Source of the DNA: Carcharhinus amblyrhynchos
Lineage: Eukaryota
Assembly (NCBI GenBank): GCA_965287045.1
Contig: OZ336893.1
Location: forward strand, 3,286,001-3,350,000
DNA: 64,000 nucleotides
Reading direction: 5' to 3'
Positions 25,773-39,660 of this stretch are shown in pieces. The translations under genes and the position numbers were made by a program. The notes under the pieces were generated by a model that saw nothing but the letters and a program-made list of their open reading frames with translations, was not told the DNA's origin and did not search any database. The stretch's first letter is position 1, and each line of letters starts with the position of its first letter.

Positions 25773-26764
25773 TCTCCAACTCCTCTGCCACTTTTGATGG
25801 AAGCAGACCGGGTTTTTAAAGCGTTTCGGTCTACATCCCCTCAGAGGCATCATGAATCCTCATCTGCTAAAGGGCACCTTTTAAAATGCAAGGTAAAAAT
25901 GTCACCCTCATGCCCTCTATGCTAAGTTCTGCCCTTTCACACATCCCCATGTCCCTCATAGCCATTGACTTATGGCACTTCCACACCCATTGACTCACTA
26001 CATTTTCTAGAACCCTATAGTATATGTGGCACCTGTAAAAAAATGCTTTGCAAAATAGTAATGTGATACGAACTATGTTTAAAAACAAGTCTAGATGGCA
26101 AGCTAATAAAGGGAGAAGGGTGGTATTCTCCAGGGCTGCTAGCCCCTGGCTGGAATTGTGGTCGCCTATTGAATTGGGTGTAATGGCAAAAACAGGATTC
26201 TTGCTGGGTGTCTAATCCGTTGCGAGTCTTCCTGCCTGCTGCATCAGCTCCTATCAGATTCCTGAACACAATGGCAGGAATCTGATAAGTCTGGATGGTC
26301 CCTTCTTGCCCTGGGAAAAGCGGAGATCACTCTTAGCATGGTGATTTCAGGCAGCTTTCTGTTCAAAATTTTCGTTCTTGTCTGTGTACTGTAAAAACAT
26401 TGAATTGGCCTGGTCATTTTAATACCCATGTCCCTGGACACCTGGAAGCCATAAAAATCACAAAAGCACCCTGTTCTACTCTCAGAAGCACCAGGTGTGA
26501 GCAGACCCCTTTGAAGTTCTCTGACTAACAGGAGAAGGCAATTTCACAGTGGGGATTCCCTTTTGTAAACTTGATGAGCTATAGGTGCAGCCTGGAGACT
26601 TTGAACTGCTCTGATTGACAAGGTAATGCTGACAGACTGATTGACAAGGCCGGAGCAGATCAAACAGTTCATTGTTGATCTGATCCAGTAAGCCTCAAGT
26701 ACTTCCTCTTTCACCACAGCTGGTCACTTAAACTTTCCTGCCCTTTAAATCTTTGAAAACAATA

Positions 26765-26953
26765 GCTGGAAATCTCTAGCAGTTCACCACACTAACACCC
26801 GCCTCCCCCCCGCCCCCCACCCCTCACCCCCCCGCCCCCACAACATTCCACCGCTGAAATTGAGGACAGAGAATTTGGCACTTAGCCAAATCTCTGTTCA
26901 CTGCAGAGGGACCAGAGAATTGCACTGGCATGAAAAGCCAGACAATTTTGGCC
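26765..26953. mobile_element. Small Harbinger-type MITE
   Basis: Core gagaatttggcacttagccaaatctctgttcactgcag is the reverse complement of the core of 57433-57568; imperfect TIRs. Confidence 0.6.
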
Positions 26954-28479
26954 AATGTCTGGAACTTAGCGTGAAACAGCAAACAATCATTTTTTCAATC
27001 TGTTGACAAAAGCCTGAGGATTTCTATTACTAGTTTGGCACTGCATAACTGATTTCAAGCCATCCATTATCATAGCAGGGTGGCTGGCATTTCACGGTTT
27101 GATCTACAGCTACATGTGGTTAGATTCTTTGATGTGGGACGATGAATTCCAATACTCGCCATAACTGTTTGAGCATTTGAATAAAACGTTTGTTGGGTTT
27201 CATTTAGTTCAAGGAATGTAAATGTAACAAATGAAATTTCTATGAATGAGAATATGTTTTAATATAGTGAGGTCTGTACTAAAAATATACAACTTTATTT
27301 CATCGGACTTTATCTCATCTTTGCATGGATCCTAAGGTTTGACCATAGAGAATGCTAGGTGAAATGACATGATTGGTGTAAGGACAAAGGGTCATGGGTG
27401 TGAGCACAGATTGTAATGAATTTGCACTGCTAGCATGGAGCTTTATAAATGGGATGGTGCATGGGCATTGGTTGGCATAGGGCATGAGGAACTGCAAGTG
27501 TTGCTTCTGGCATACCTTGGCATGAGAGGCCATTTGGGTGGATGAGAACATAGCTAAAAGTGTGTGTGTGTTGGTAGTGGGGAGGGGGGGGTGGTGTTGC
27601 TGCTGAAGCGATGTTTCATGCTTTGTTCTTTATTGTTTGGATACCTGTCGGTTCCCCAATGCAGGTAATCCATTTCTGTTCCTGGCAGTCTCCTCAGATC
27701 TTCCAGGCTTGCCCACCTCCATTTCTAATCCAGCCTGCCACCATTCCCATGGCTGAAAATTCAATGTTTGGTCATAATGTTCAGTTACATCTCTGATTTT
27801 CAGATTAAGTTAATAAAGTTTGAGCTGTGAAATTGCTATTTCTTTTCACGTGTGATTGATTTTTGTTTTCCATGCTTGACCGACTTGTAGCTGATTTATA
27901 GACCAGTAAAACTGCAGTTAATTCAGTCCTCTGTTCTGTACTACTTTATGACAGTAGGCAGTTGCTAATTGTTACAGGTGGACTCTGGAGTTGCAGATTG
28001 AAGACATTAGGACAAATCACACAAAATAGTTGTATATTCAGATAAAAGGTTTTAGATGTGGCAAGAAGCTATGAAGTGTAATGTTGTTCCAAAAAACTGG
28101 AGAATCATTTATTCATTTCTGAATAATTTTCCCCTTCTGAAACTATATAGCTTCTAAGAGCAGATAGCACATGGGATGGAAGGTTGGAGAGCAGCTTATG
28201 CATTTTCAGCAGGGACCAATTGCTTTTTCCCAGGCAGGCAGCCAGGGAGCAAGAGAAAGAATAAACAGAACAGATTTCTGGGAAAAGTAAATGTCAGAAA
28301 TACATAAATGTTAGCTCAATTTCTGGAGCTCTGCCAATTATTCTGGGGCAGCCAATTATTGCGAACAGCTTCTGCCAATGAAAAGAGCAGAATTGAAACA
28401 ACATCACTGATGGGGAAAATGTACATTGTGCTGTTACTGTACCCATTGAAAGTTACATTTTGTGTGTTGCATGGAGGAA

Positions 28480-28780
28480 GACTTGCATTTCCATAGCACT
28501 TTTCACAGCCACATGGGTCTCAAAAGTCTTTACAACCAATTAACTACTTTTTGACACTGTAGGAAGCTCAGCATGCAATTTGCACACAGCACAAAAAACA
28601 TGATAAATGACCAGAAAATCCATTTCTGCTGATGTTGTTTGAGTGATAAACTCTAACTTTTTGGTTAGCGTACTGGGGAGAATTCACCTGTCCTTCTTCA
28701 AAATAATGCCACAAAATTGTATATGTCCACTTGAGAGAGCAAACAATTCCTCAATTGCCATCTCATCTGAAAGAGGACTA
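28480..28780 (-). mobile_element. SacSINE1/Deu-domain SINE
   Basis: acttgcattt..atagcacttttcac tail and Deu-like body. Confidence 0.65.
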
Positions 28781-29074
28781 AATCTTTTGCCAAGTTTGAA
28801 AGTTGTGTGAAATCTTCTTGTTTCAAACTGTATTTTAAATGATCGGGTCTTGAGATTTTTGTTTACCTATTTGGATCAGAAGGTATTTTAAGTTAATTTT
28901 GGTTACAGAGATGGAGCAAAAATCTTACTAATTGTCATGATCGCTATCGAATCAGTCGGGGGGGGGATTTTCTATCGGTGTTCGAGTGAATGAAAATGGT
29001 GGTGTCAGCAAAAAATCCTGGGAATGAGAATTTTGGTGGTGAGATCTTACTTGAAATACAGGGGCCAATGTATT

Positions 29075-29312
29075 AGACTAAGAGGTTAGGACTAAGATGA
29101 GGAGGAACTTCTTCATTCAGAGGGTAGTAAATCATTGGAATTTTCTACTCCAGGAGGCTGAGTTGTTGAGTATGTTCAAAGCAGAGGATGATAAAGGAAT
29201 TATGGGGATAATGAAGGAAAATGACATTGTGATAGATAATTAGGCATGATCTAGTTAAATGGCAGAAGAAGGCTTCATGGGCCAAATGGCCTATTCCTGT
29301 TTCTACGTTCCT
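29075..29312 (+). mobile_element. CR1 3' end fragment
   Basis: gatgaggaggaacttcttcattcagagggtag...gggccaaatggcctattcctg. Confidence 0.7.
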
Positions 29313-29884
29313 CACTCATTTTTGACCCAAGACTTAATGATGAATGACCAGACACAAGCAGGAGGCCAGAGGACTGATGGAGAAACAATCTTTGGGACGT
29401 ATCATTTGGCTTGTTCTTACTGGCCATTGGTCTAAAGACAGTTTAGTTGAGCAAAGACATCAACATCAAAGCTCATCGATGGTGATCCTCAGGTTGTCCT
29501 AGAAGGTGGAGGAGAGATTAGTGCCTCTTGTGGAGTTAGAGGATCATTCCACAGAATGGCCACTTTACTTTCCTTATGCTTCTCCTACACTTCACAACAA
29601 GTTTTGTAAGTTGGCTCTTCAACAGGCTTTAGGCTCCTATCTTACATATTGGGGTAGCTTAAAATAGGATGGCATGAATCATTTGCGACATGACTTAATC
29701 AGCCAAATGGTCCAGTCCTATGTTGGGACCAATTCCTGCGAGGCATTTTATCTTCTGTCATATTTGAAATAGAGGTACCCACATGTGCCAATTTCTACTT
29801 CACAGTCTTATAAGTAAGTGCACGGGTAATGATGTAGCGATGGTAATGATAAGGAGAGATGATAATAGCATAAAAATAGATGAT

Positions 29885-30975
29885 AATAGGATCCAAGGCA
29901 AGTTGGCAAATTGGATCCAAAATTGGCTTGTTAATAGGAAGGAAAGGGTGATAGTGGAGTGTTGAATTTGCGATTGGAAGCAGTGGTGTACCACAGGGAT
30001 CAATGCTGAAACCCTTGTTGTTTGTTATCAACTTGGATGTGAATGGAGAAGATATAATTAGCAAGTTTCTAGATGACACGAAAATTGATGGTGTTGTTGA
30101 TAATGAGGTGGATACTCTTAGTCTACAGACTGATACTGATGAGCTGGTAAGTTGGGCAGAGCAATGAGAGATGGTATGTAATCCTGAGAAGTGTGAGGTA
30201 GTGTATTTTGGGAGGTCTACCAAGGGTAGGATATAAATAATGAATAGTAGATCCCTAGAGAATATTGAGAAAAAAGACCTTGATATACAAGTCAATAGAT
30301 TCCCGAAGGTGGCAGCACAGGTAGATAGTCTGGTGAAGAAGGCATATGGAATGCTTGCCTTCAGTAGCCGGGGCATAGAATACAGGAGCAAGGAGGTCTT
30401 GTTACAACTTTATAAAATGCTGTTTAGGCCACAGATGGAATATTAGGTGCAGTTCTGGACATCACACTATCGGTAGAATGTGATTGCACTAGAGAGGGTG
30501 CAGAGATGATTTACCAAGATATTGCCTGAAGTGAAAAGTTTGAGCTATGAGGAGACACTGGATAGGCTGAGTTTGTTTTCTCTAGAGCAGAGGAGGCTAA
30601 GGGATTTGATAGAGATATCCAAAATTATGAAAGTCATAGATAGGTTAGATTGTAAGAATCTTTTCTCCATGGCAGAGATGTCTAAGACTAGAGGACATAC
30701 GTTTAAAGTGAGTAAGGAGTTTAGAGGGGATCTGAGAAAAAAAAATCACCCAGAAGATAGTGGAAATATGGAAAGCTGCTGTCGATGGTGGTGGAGGCAG
30801 GTACTCTCGCAACATTTAAGAAGCATCTGAATGAACACTTAATCACCAAGGCACGTTTGGCCGTGGACCAAGCACTGGTAAATTGAATTAATATAGTTTG
30901 GTACTTGATGGTCAGCACTGATATGGTGGGCTAAAGTGTCTGTTTCTCTGCTGTATGACTATATGATTCTATGAC
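29885..30975 (+). mobile_element. Older CR1 LINE 3' portion
   Basis: IQGKLANWIQNWL, GVPQGS, KKAYGMLAF; (ctatga)n tail. Confidence 0.88.
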
Positions 30976-32644
30976 ACTTGAGAGAGGCTGTTGCTCTTGT
31001 GGCTATTTGTGATGATGTGAGAATCGTGTGGGCTACTGACGTGTTGTGAGATTGCGTGCAGTTGGAAAAATCATAAGTTGCTGACATATGAGGGAATTGA
31101 GGATTTTAGTGGGGTTAATTAGGAAAGAACTTACATGTTAAAGTAAATGGAGAAATAGCGAGGTGTTGAGGAAAGTTCTATGGATAGTGAGTTTTTGAGG
31201 AAATTAGGGTCCCCATACTTTATGTGGGCTGTGTTGAATAGTCGTAATTTAAGCAGGGACTGTGAGCACTTGTTCATGAAGTAGTTAGTGGGATAAGGTA
31301 GAGGGTGTGACTGCAGTGAAAGTTGCGGGAGTGAGAAATGAGCATTGAAAGATAGGACGGTCTGGGAAGCAGTGGCTATCAATGATGTAATATTGGATAT
31401 TTGGAAATTAGGAAATTGGTTGAGGCAGTTTATAAGATGAAATTTATATGAGGACTGCTCTCTGAAAAAACAATACATGAATAGGAGCAGCTGGAAGGAA
31501 GAGTGAATATAGTGGAACAAGAAAAAGTAGAGAGTCTAATTTTACCTACAAAGCTGTCATTATTTAATTAATCATTTTGAACACTCACCCCTCCCCCTGA
31601 AGCCACAGACGAACTGTTTAGTTTATTTAATTAATTCAAAAGCCCACGCTTCCAAAGTCTAATTTCATGTTCTCAGCCACTATTCATTTACTTAATTAAT
31701 TTGTCAAAGCTCAGTTTCATCTCATTAATATAGTTGCTTGCTGTCCAATTGCAAGCCAAGAGGTCAAATAAAATTGACTTGTAGTTTTAAAAATACTTAA
31801 AACATTAGAAAATACCCTACAGCTAGCAGGAAAAGAGCTCGCTGAACTCAGGGAGCAGAAACGTGGGAGCCAGAGTTCAGAGGCACCGCAGTGTCATCAA
31901 CCAGTAGGAGGTATGAATAACAACTAATACATCAGTACAGGAAAATTTTCAGGCATTTACACAGAACTGACAATATCACAACATTAACCTTGATAAAGTC
32001 TTGTTGATATTGGAATTGGGTGTGATAAACAGTGGGTGCATCCAGATGCAAAACTTATAATAAGCCACTCGCGACCTTGGGCAGGCTGCAAATTGGAGGT
32101 CGCTGATCATGGACTAGAGACATATTCTTATCATCACAAAGGAGACTAAAAATTCTTTAAGGGAGTATGGGATGCACTCCAGTTCCTCTGGTCTACAGGA
32201 GGTTTATAAAAGGCACTTACCTGCTGCACTCAGTACTTCATGCCACCTTTTTGCTCCTGCAGTTCCCAAGCCCTGGGAAGCTGATGTGACAGTTATTAAC
32301 TGTGTAGTGGATTTAAATATGTTAATGAAGTGTCCTGTCACTCCAAAACTTGCTGTAAAAGGTGATCGCAGTTTGGGTCTTGTATCATGTTATTTAGGGT
32401 TTAACTTCTAATCTATTGAATCCAAATATTTAAAAGCAGGAGACATTTAGAGTAACTTGATTTTTAAGGAGGCTGATGGATACGCCTTTGAACTCGGGTG
32501 CCAGTGACTCTTTAACCTCCGTATCAGTTTGAATATTTCCAATAAAGAAGAAAACAAGGAAGCTGCTACATTACTGGGAAATTTATAGAAAAAGTTCCAT
32601 AGCTACCTTCGAGATTGTTAAATATTTTAAAGGATTGCAGGACT

Positions 32645-34075
32645 GAACATAGAACATAGAACATAGAACACTACAGCACAAACAGGCCCTTCGGCCCATG
32701 AGTTGCGCTGATCACATCAACACCTACCAATCCATAGACCTATCTATAACCCCCAATCCCACTAAATCCCATATACTCATCCAGAAGTCTTTTAAAAGGC
32801 CCCAGCGAGTTCGCCTCCACCACCACTGATGGCAGCTGATTCCATTCACTCACCACCCTCTGAGTGAAAAACTTACCCCCAACATCACTTCTGTACTTGC
32901 CTCCCTGCACCTTAAATCTGTGTCCTCTCGTAGCAACCATTTCAACCCGGGGAAATAGCCTCCGAGAATCCACCCTATCTATTCCTCTCAACATTTTATA
33001 AACCTCTATCAGGTCGCCTCTCAACCTTCGTCTCTCCAGGGAGAAGAGTCCCAGCTCCCTCAACCTATCTTCAATAAGGCATGCCTCCCAATCCAGGCAA
33101 CATCCTTGTAAATCTCCTCTGTACCCTTTCAATAGCTTCTACGTCCTTCCTATAGTGAGGCGACCAGAACTGCGCACAGTACTCCAAGTGAGGCCTGACA
33201 AGGGTCTTATAAAGTTGCAGCATTGCCTCCCGACTCCTAAACTCAATCCCTCGATTTATGAAGGCCAGTACACCATACGCCTTCTTGACCACATCCTCCA
33301 CCTGCGAGGCCGATTTAAGAGTCCTGTTGACCAGGAACCCCAAGATCCTTCTGCTCTTCAACACTACTAAGACTCCTGCCCTTGATAGTGTACTTGTTCA
33401 TCCCGTTGGTCCTGCCAAAATGGACGACTACACATTTATCCGCGTTAAAGTCCACCTGCCACTTCTCCGCCCAGTCCTGCATCCTATTTATGTCCTGCTG
33501 CAACTTCTGACATTCTTCCAGACCATCCACAACACCACCGACCTTCGTGTCATCGGTGAACTTACTAACCCATCCCTCCACTTCCTCATCTAGGTCATTT
33601 GTGAAAATGACAAACAGCAAGGGTCCTAGAACAGATCCCTGGGGCACTCCACTGGTGACTGACCTCCATGCAGAAAAAGACCCATCCACAACTACCCTCT
33701 GCCTTCTGCAGGCAAGCCAGTTCTGGATCCACAAGGCCAAAGCCCCTTGGATCCCATGCCCTCTCACCTTCTCAAGAAGTCTTGCATGGGGGACCTTATC
33801 AAATGCCTTGCTGAAGTCCATGTACACCACATCTACTGCACTTCCTTCATCAATGTGTTCAGTCACATTTTCGAAGAACTCAACTAGGCTCGTAAGGCAC
33901 GACCTGCCCTTGACAAAACCATGCTGACTATTTCTGATCAAGCCAAACCTCTCCAAATGCTCGTAAATCTTGTCCCTCAGAAGCCTCTCCATCAGCTTAC
34001 CAACCACTGAGGTCAGACTCACCGGTTGGTAATTTCCCGGGCTATCTCTGTTCCCTTTCTTGAAAATAGGAACCA
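32645..34075 (-). mobile_element. CR1 LINE (family B), RT to 3' end
   Basis: ORFs 33315-34076, 33071-33364 and 32740-33132 are frameshifted parts of ORF2; (TTCTATG)n tail. Confidence 0.94.
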
Positions 34076-35589
34076 CTGCTTTAAGAGGAGATCACAAGAT
34101 TGTGCTTAGGCAGTTGTTTTGCTTTCAGTTTTATATTCTGCAGTGTAAAGAGAGCTGCTCTTCAATAAAACTTGTTGTTACTTTGAATCCATGTGTACAA
34201 ACCACAGCTTTCCTTTCTGTGAAAAACCTACAACCTCTAACATAGTTTGGACATTAGACAGATATTGATCCCAAAGTGTATATTAGCTTATAACCAAGGA
34301 GAACAATTTTGGCCCAGTCTGTCAAATGGCCCAGACTCACTTCTGGGATTGGCAGGGAGGTAGGAATTGTGATATCGGTCAGGCTGAGCTTATTATCAAG
34401 GTAGGAAAGGGTGACAGTTAAGGAAAGGAACACGAGGTAAGGGCACGGGCCCTAGAAACAGAGAGATGCTGGAAAGTTATGGTTATTGAGAAGCAACGAA
34501 CTGGGTGGGGTCAGATAATGAGGGATTGTAAAGAAAAGCTTGACTTATGGCTGCAGTTCCTGTGGTACTGCAAAAAGACTTGGGGTAACAAAGAAAGAAG
34601 TAAAATGAGAGTTAAAGTGATGAACCAGTCATGGGACTGAAACCATCCCTAGGGATTTAGAGCATATGTAAGTAGATGAGTAAGAATAAGGATGTAATTT
34701 TAATGAATTGGCAACGTTATAAATATTTATTTTGATTTGTATCATAATTGTTCAAAAGCAGTGTTTTAAAAAAGCTTTAAAAATTGCTAATAAGCTAATC
34801 AGTGAGGGAAATGTACCTGTGAGAAATGTACCTGCATTTACTAACACACAGAATTGGATTTAATGGGGGCAATCAGGATCTCATTTATTAGCTGTCCAAC
34901 AGGTGGGATTGTCCTGTTACCTCTTTTAGGGGAGACCCACTGAATTAAGTGCCACTCAAACAGTTCCTTTGGAATAAAGGAACCCAGGGGTTGCAAGTCC
35001 CGCCTGTTTAAAGTTGAGATGGCAATTCTGCTGAACAGCAGAACCACTGGGGGGGCGGGCAGTGACTGTTGTTGCTTTGACACCTCCACCCTCCCACACT
35101 ATCCCAAAGCCATTTATCATCACTGCATCTCAGGCCTCATGTGAGTAATGACTGGTTGGGGGGGGAAGGGGTCCACATTTGTAGGGTAGCGGCTCACCCT
35201 TCCCAATAGCAGACCCTTCAAGTGCCTTAATGAGGGAATTCCCACTCCTGGGAACATGGGTTTGCTTGTCATGCTGCCCACATGGTGAGCCCCTGTCCAC
35301 TGCTGGACTAATACCAGCGACAGCAGGATGAGGCACTTAATTTTCACTAAAGGGCCTCAATTGGTGGCAGGACAGCAAGACTTTACTGCTCCAGACTTAA
35401 ACTGAGCGGAGGCAGGAAGATGGCAGGGTCCCCACCTGCTCACCTGATTAAATTCCCTCCCCCGATTAAATTGCCTCCCCAGCTTCAAACCCGCTGAGAA
35501 AAGGATATTCAATTTTGCCCATGGAGTGCGAAATAATAGACGACAAATGTATCCACATATATTATTTTATATTAAAAATGAATCCATGA

Positions 35590-35805
35590 AAGCCTTTACT
35601 GCAAATGGCTGTAGAGATTGAGTCACTAAGTATGTTCAAGCTGAGATAGATGCATTTTCAATCAGTGAAGGAATCAAGGGTTATGGGGATAAAGCGAGTA
35701 AGTGGAGTTGAGGATTATCACATCAGGTCAATCGTGATCTCATTGAATGATGAAGCAGACTTGATGGGCTGAATGGCCTACTTCTGCTCCTATGTCTTAT
35801 GGGCT
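35590..35805 (+). mobile_element. CR1 3' end fragment
   Basis: ggaatcaagggttatgggg...gggctgaatggcctacttctgctcctatgtcttatg. Confidence 0.75.
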
Positions 35806-36007
35806 TAAAAAAAATACAATAGATATTGGTTAATGCATATGAGTACCAAAGTTAACTCAGTCTTGTTATCACTCGTATTAATACTCAGTTGTTGACTTTT
35901 TCTACGGATAGTATTAATCAGAGTGACAGTAGGACAAAGTATTAATTGCTTGTGCTGGAGAGAGGATTTGTGAGTTATGCCACTCTCGGATCTAAAGCAC
36001 TTCTTAC

Positions 36008-36047
36008 CTGACTGGCAGGCCAGGTCCACGTCCTTTTCAAAATCTGT
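36008..36047 (-). CDS. ADGRB2: ADGRB2 40-nt coding exon
   Basis: tttttatag|ACA GAT TTT GAA AAG GAC GTG GAC CTG GCC TGC CAG TCA G|gtaaga = TDFEKDVDLACQS, phase 0-1. Confidence 0.95.
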
Positions 36048-37049
36048 CTATAAAAATGCAGCAAAAAACAAAAGAATATAATAAATTAGAAAGAGAAGTT
36101 TTCAGATGAAGGAAATAAGACTATTCCTAAGTACCCATCCCTGGTTTCCAGAATAGACACTTGAATGAAAAGTCAGTGAGAATCTGTCTGCTTGATATTT
36201 GAGAGATTTGAAATTCTAGCCCCCTCCCGCTGGCTCTGAAACTTGCTAACTGCCATCTGATAATGGAACATGGTCGATTTGGCCTTGTGTCCTGCTGTTC
36301 TAGCTCTGGCCACTGGATGAGGGTAATCCCTGTAGTGTGTAGTGTTACAAATTCTAAAATGCCATTTGTCGCTTTATAGACCAAACAGTGGCATGTTTGT
36401 GCCAATTTGGAGGCTACGTGAGACAGCCTAATAAATTTATTTTTATTCATTCTTGATATGTAGGTATTGCTGCAAAGCTTGCATTTATTGTCAAACTCTG
36501 TTTGCCTTGAGAAGATGATGGTGAGCCAGCTTCCTGAAACATTGTAGTCCTTGTGGTGAAGTTACTCTAACAGCACAGCCAAGGAGACTCTTAGCAATGA
36601 TATTATTCTTTGCAGCAATTTGGTACAACTGATTGGCTTGCTAGGTCACTTCAGAGAGCTGTTCAGAGGGAATCACATGAATGAAGAACTGGAGTCAATC
36701 TCTGTAGTTCAGACCGAATATTCACATTAACGAACAAGGAAAAATCTGACATGCTTAACTTTTTTGCTATTGGAGTCTCAAAATTAAACTTCTCCGTGAC
36801 AGGTGGCAGAAGATCAGAGGATAAAAAACTGAAATGTGTGATCTCTACTCCCATCTATCACATGCTACCATTTTTACTTTGGCACACATTAAGGTGTCCG
36901 AGTCATCTGACGTGGAGATGGGAAACTTACTTAAAGGCTTGCACACTACAAAAGGAACGCTGATTCAAAATTGACTGTTGTGTGGATTTCTCGGGGGTCA
37001 GGAAACTTGGCAGTGAAAGGACAGTGGGAGTTACTGACTCCAGAAGGCT

Positions 37050-37690
37050 AACTGCAATCCAGATGACCAGGCTTATGCTCTGAGGACACAGATTCAAGTC
37101 CCACCATGCAGCTGGTGGAATTTAAATTCAATTAATAAATTAATAAATCTGCAATAAAAAGCTAGTCCCAGTAATAGTGACCTATTACTATAGTCAATTG
37201 TTGTAAAAACCCATCTGATTCACGAATACCTTTAGGGAAGGAAATGTCCTGTCGTTATCTGGTCTGATCTACATGCCCAGACCCACAGCAATGTATTGGA
37301 CTCTTAAATGGCCCCTGAAATGACCAAGCAAGTCACTCGGTTTTATCAAACAGCTATAAAGCCTAAAAAGGAATGAAACTGCACCACCCAGCACCAACTG
37401 AGACACTGAGAATGACAACATCAAACCCAGCTCTGCCTACCCTTCAAAGTCCTCCTTACTAACAACTGTGTGCTTGTGCCAAAGCTGCCAAGTAACAACC
37501 TGACATAGCCATACTTTTAGAATCATACCATAGAGTTAATATCCCAGATATCACCATTATCATTTCTGGGTTTGTCCTGTCCCAATGGCAGGAGAGACCA
37601 ACAGAGTTGTGAAGGATGGGAGTCTTCAACGTTGACATCAGACCCCTTGAAATCCCATGGTATCAGGTCAAACAGGTCAAACCTATCTTC
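37050..37690 (+). mobile_element. 5' end (tRNA-like head, UTR, start of endonuclease) of a CR1/L2-clade LINE
   Basis: B-box-like gattcaagtccc; UTR shared with 59275-59575; then PDIAILLES endonuclease-like coding; family continues at 39700-39940 and 40540-42270. Confidence 0.6.
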
Positions 37691-37883
37691 ACCTTTGCTT
37701 TTAAATTGGAACTCCTCCATGTTAAACACTAATTGGATTGTTTACCCTCAAATCTCCATTGGGTGTCAACTAACGTTGTAAACAAAGAGACACTATACAC
37801 CAAAGTCTCAAACAACTGAACTTTTATTGATAATCTAAACATAAGAACAATTAGCATTCGCTCAGCTGCTTTCTACTCCACCA

Positions 37884-38110
37884 CCATAGAACCATAGAAA
37901 ATTACAGCTCAGAAACAGGCCTCCTGGCCCTTCTTGTCTGTGCCGAGCCATTTTTTGCCTACTCCCACTGACCTGCACTTGGACCATATCCCTCCACACC
38001 CCTCTCATCCGTGAACCCATCCAAGTTTTTCTTAAATGTTAAAAGTGACCCCTCATTTACCACTTTATCCGGCAGCTCATTCCACACTCCCAGCACTCTC
38101 TGAGTGAAGA
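37884..38110 (-). mobile_element. CR1 3' end (family C)
   Basis: (TTCTATGG)n tail; near-identical inverted copy at 49130-49292. Confidence 0.85.
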
Positions 38111-38467
38111 GAGATAGCCGGAATAAGGTTGGACTTAGATATTACTCTTATGAGGCGAATTGATCAGGCTCACATCAAAGGGTTTTGGTTTTTTTGCAGC
38201 TCAGCGCCTTTGTACTTATTCATGGTGTCTCAAGCCCCTCATAACCTAAAGGTCTGACTGTTGGTTCGGTGCCTCTGGTTAACAGCACACATCTGCTCTG
38301 TTGTTCCTCTTTTCTTTGTTTAGTAACCTTGCTAACTGCAGGGTTTCATGCTGAGTGTCTCTGACTGCATGAAGTTTTGCTCAACCAGACAGATAATCCA
38401 TTACTGCAATCACAGCTCTTTCCATAGGTTTAAGATCAACCACAGGTTGACTGCAAGACTGACTATT

Positions 38468-39660
38468 AGAACATAGAACATAGAACATAGAACATTACAG
38501 CGCAGAACAGGCCCTTCGGCCCACGATGTTGCGCCGACCAGTTACAAAACAATGACCCACTAACCTAAACCAATCCCTTTTCGTCCATAAACCCATCCAC
38601 GGATCTCTTAAACGTCCCCAAACTAGGCGCATTTACAACTGCAGCAGGCAGGGCATTCCAATCCCTCACCACCCTCTGGGTAAAGAACCTACCCCTGACA
38701 TCTGTCCTATAACTACCACCCCTTAATTTAAAGCCATGCCCCCTCGTGCTAGATTTCTCCATCAGAGGAAAAAGGCTATCACTATCCACCCTATCTAAAC
38801 CTCTAATCATCTTATATGTTTCAATAAGATCCCCTCTTAGCCGCCTTCTTTCCAGCGAAAACAACCCCAAATCCCTCAGCCTCTCCTCATAGGACCTCCC
38901 CTCCATACCAGGCAACATCCTGGTAAACCTCCTCTGCACCCTCTCCAAAGCCTCCACATCCTTCCTGTAATGTGGGGACCAGAACTGCACACAGTACTCC
39001 AAGTGCGGCCGCACCAGAGTTGTGTACAGTTGCAACATAACGCTGCGACTCCTAAATTCAATCCCCCTACCAATAAACGCTAAGACACCGTATGCCTTCT
39101 TAACAACCTTATCTACTTGATTCCCAACTTTCAGGGATCTATGTACACATACACCTAGATCCCTCTGCTCATCCACACTATTCAAAGTCCTCCCGTTAGC
39201 CCTATACTCGACACATCTGTTATTCCTACCAAAGTGAATTGCCTCACACTTCTCCGCATTAAACTCCATCCGCTACCTCTCGGCCCAGCTCTGCAACCTG
39301 TCTAAGTCTCCCTGCAAACTATGACACCCTTCCTCACTATCTACCACACCTCCGACTTTGGTGTCATCAGCAAATTTACTAATCCACCCAACTATACCCT
39401 CATCCAGATCATTAATAAAAATTACAAACAGCAGTGGCCCCAAAACAGATCCCTGAGGCACACCACTCGTAACCGAACTCCATGATGAATATTTACCATC
39501 AACCACCACCCTCTGTCTCCTATCCGCTAGCCAATTCCTGATCCAATTCCCTAGATCACCCCCATTCCCATACATCTGCATTTTCTGCAGAAGCCTACCA
39601 TGGTGAACCTTATCAAACGCCTTACTAAAATCCATATACACCACGTCCACTGCCTTACCT
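38468..39660 (-). mobile_element. CR1 LINE RT to 3' end
   Basis: ORFs 39273-39650 and 38565-39269 are one frame with a single stop; (TTCTATG)n tail. Confidence 0.94.
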
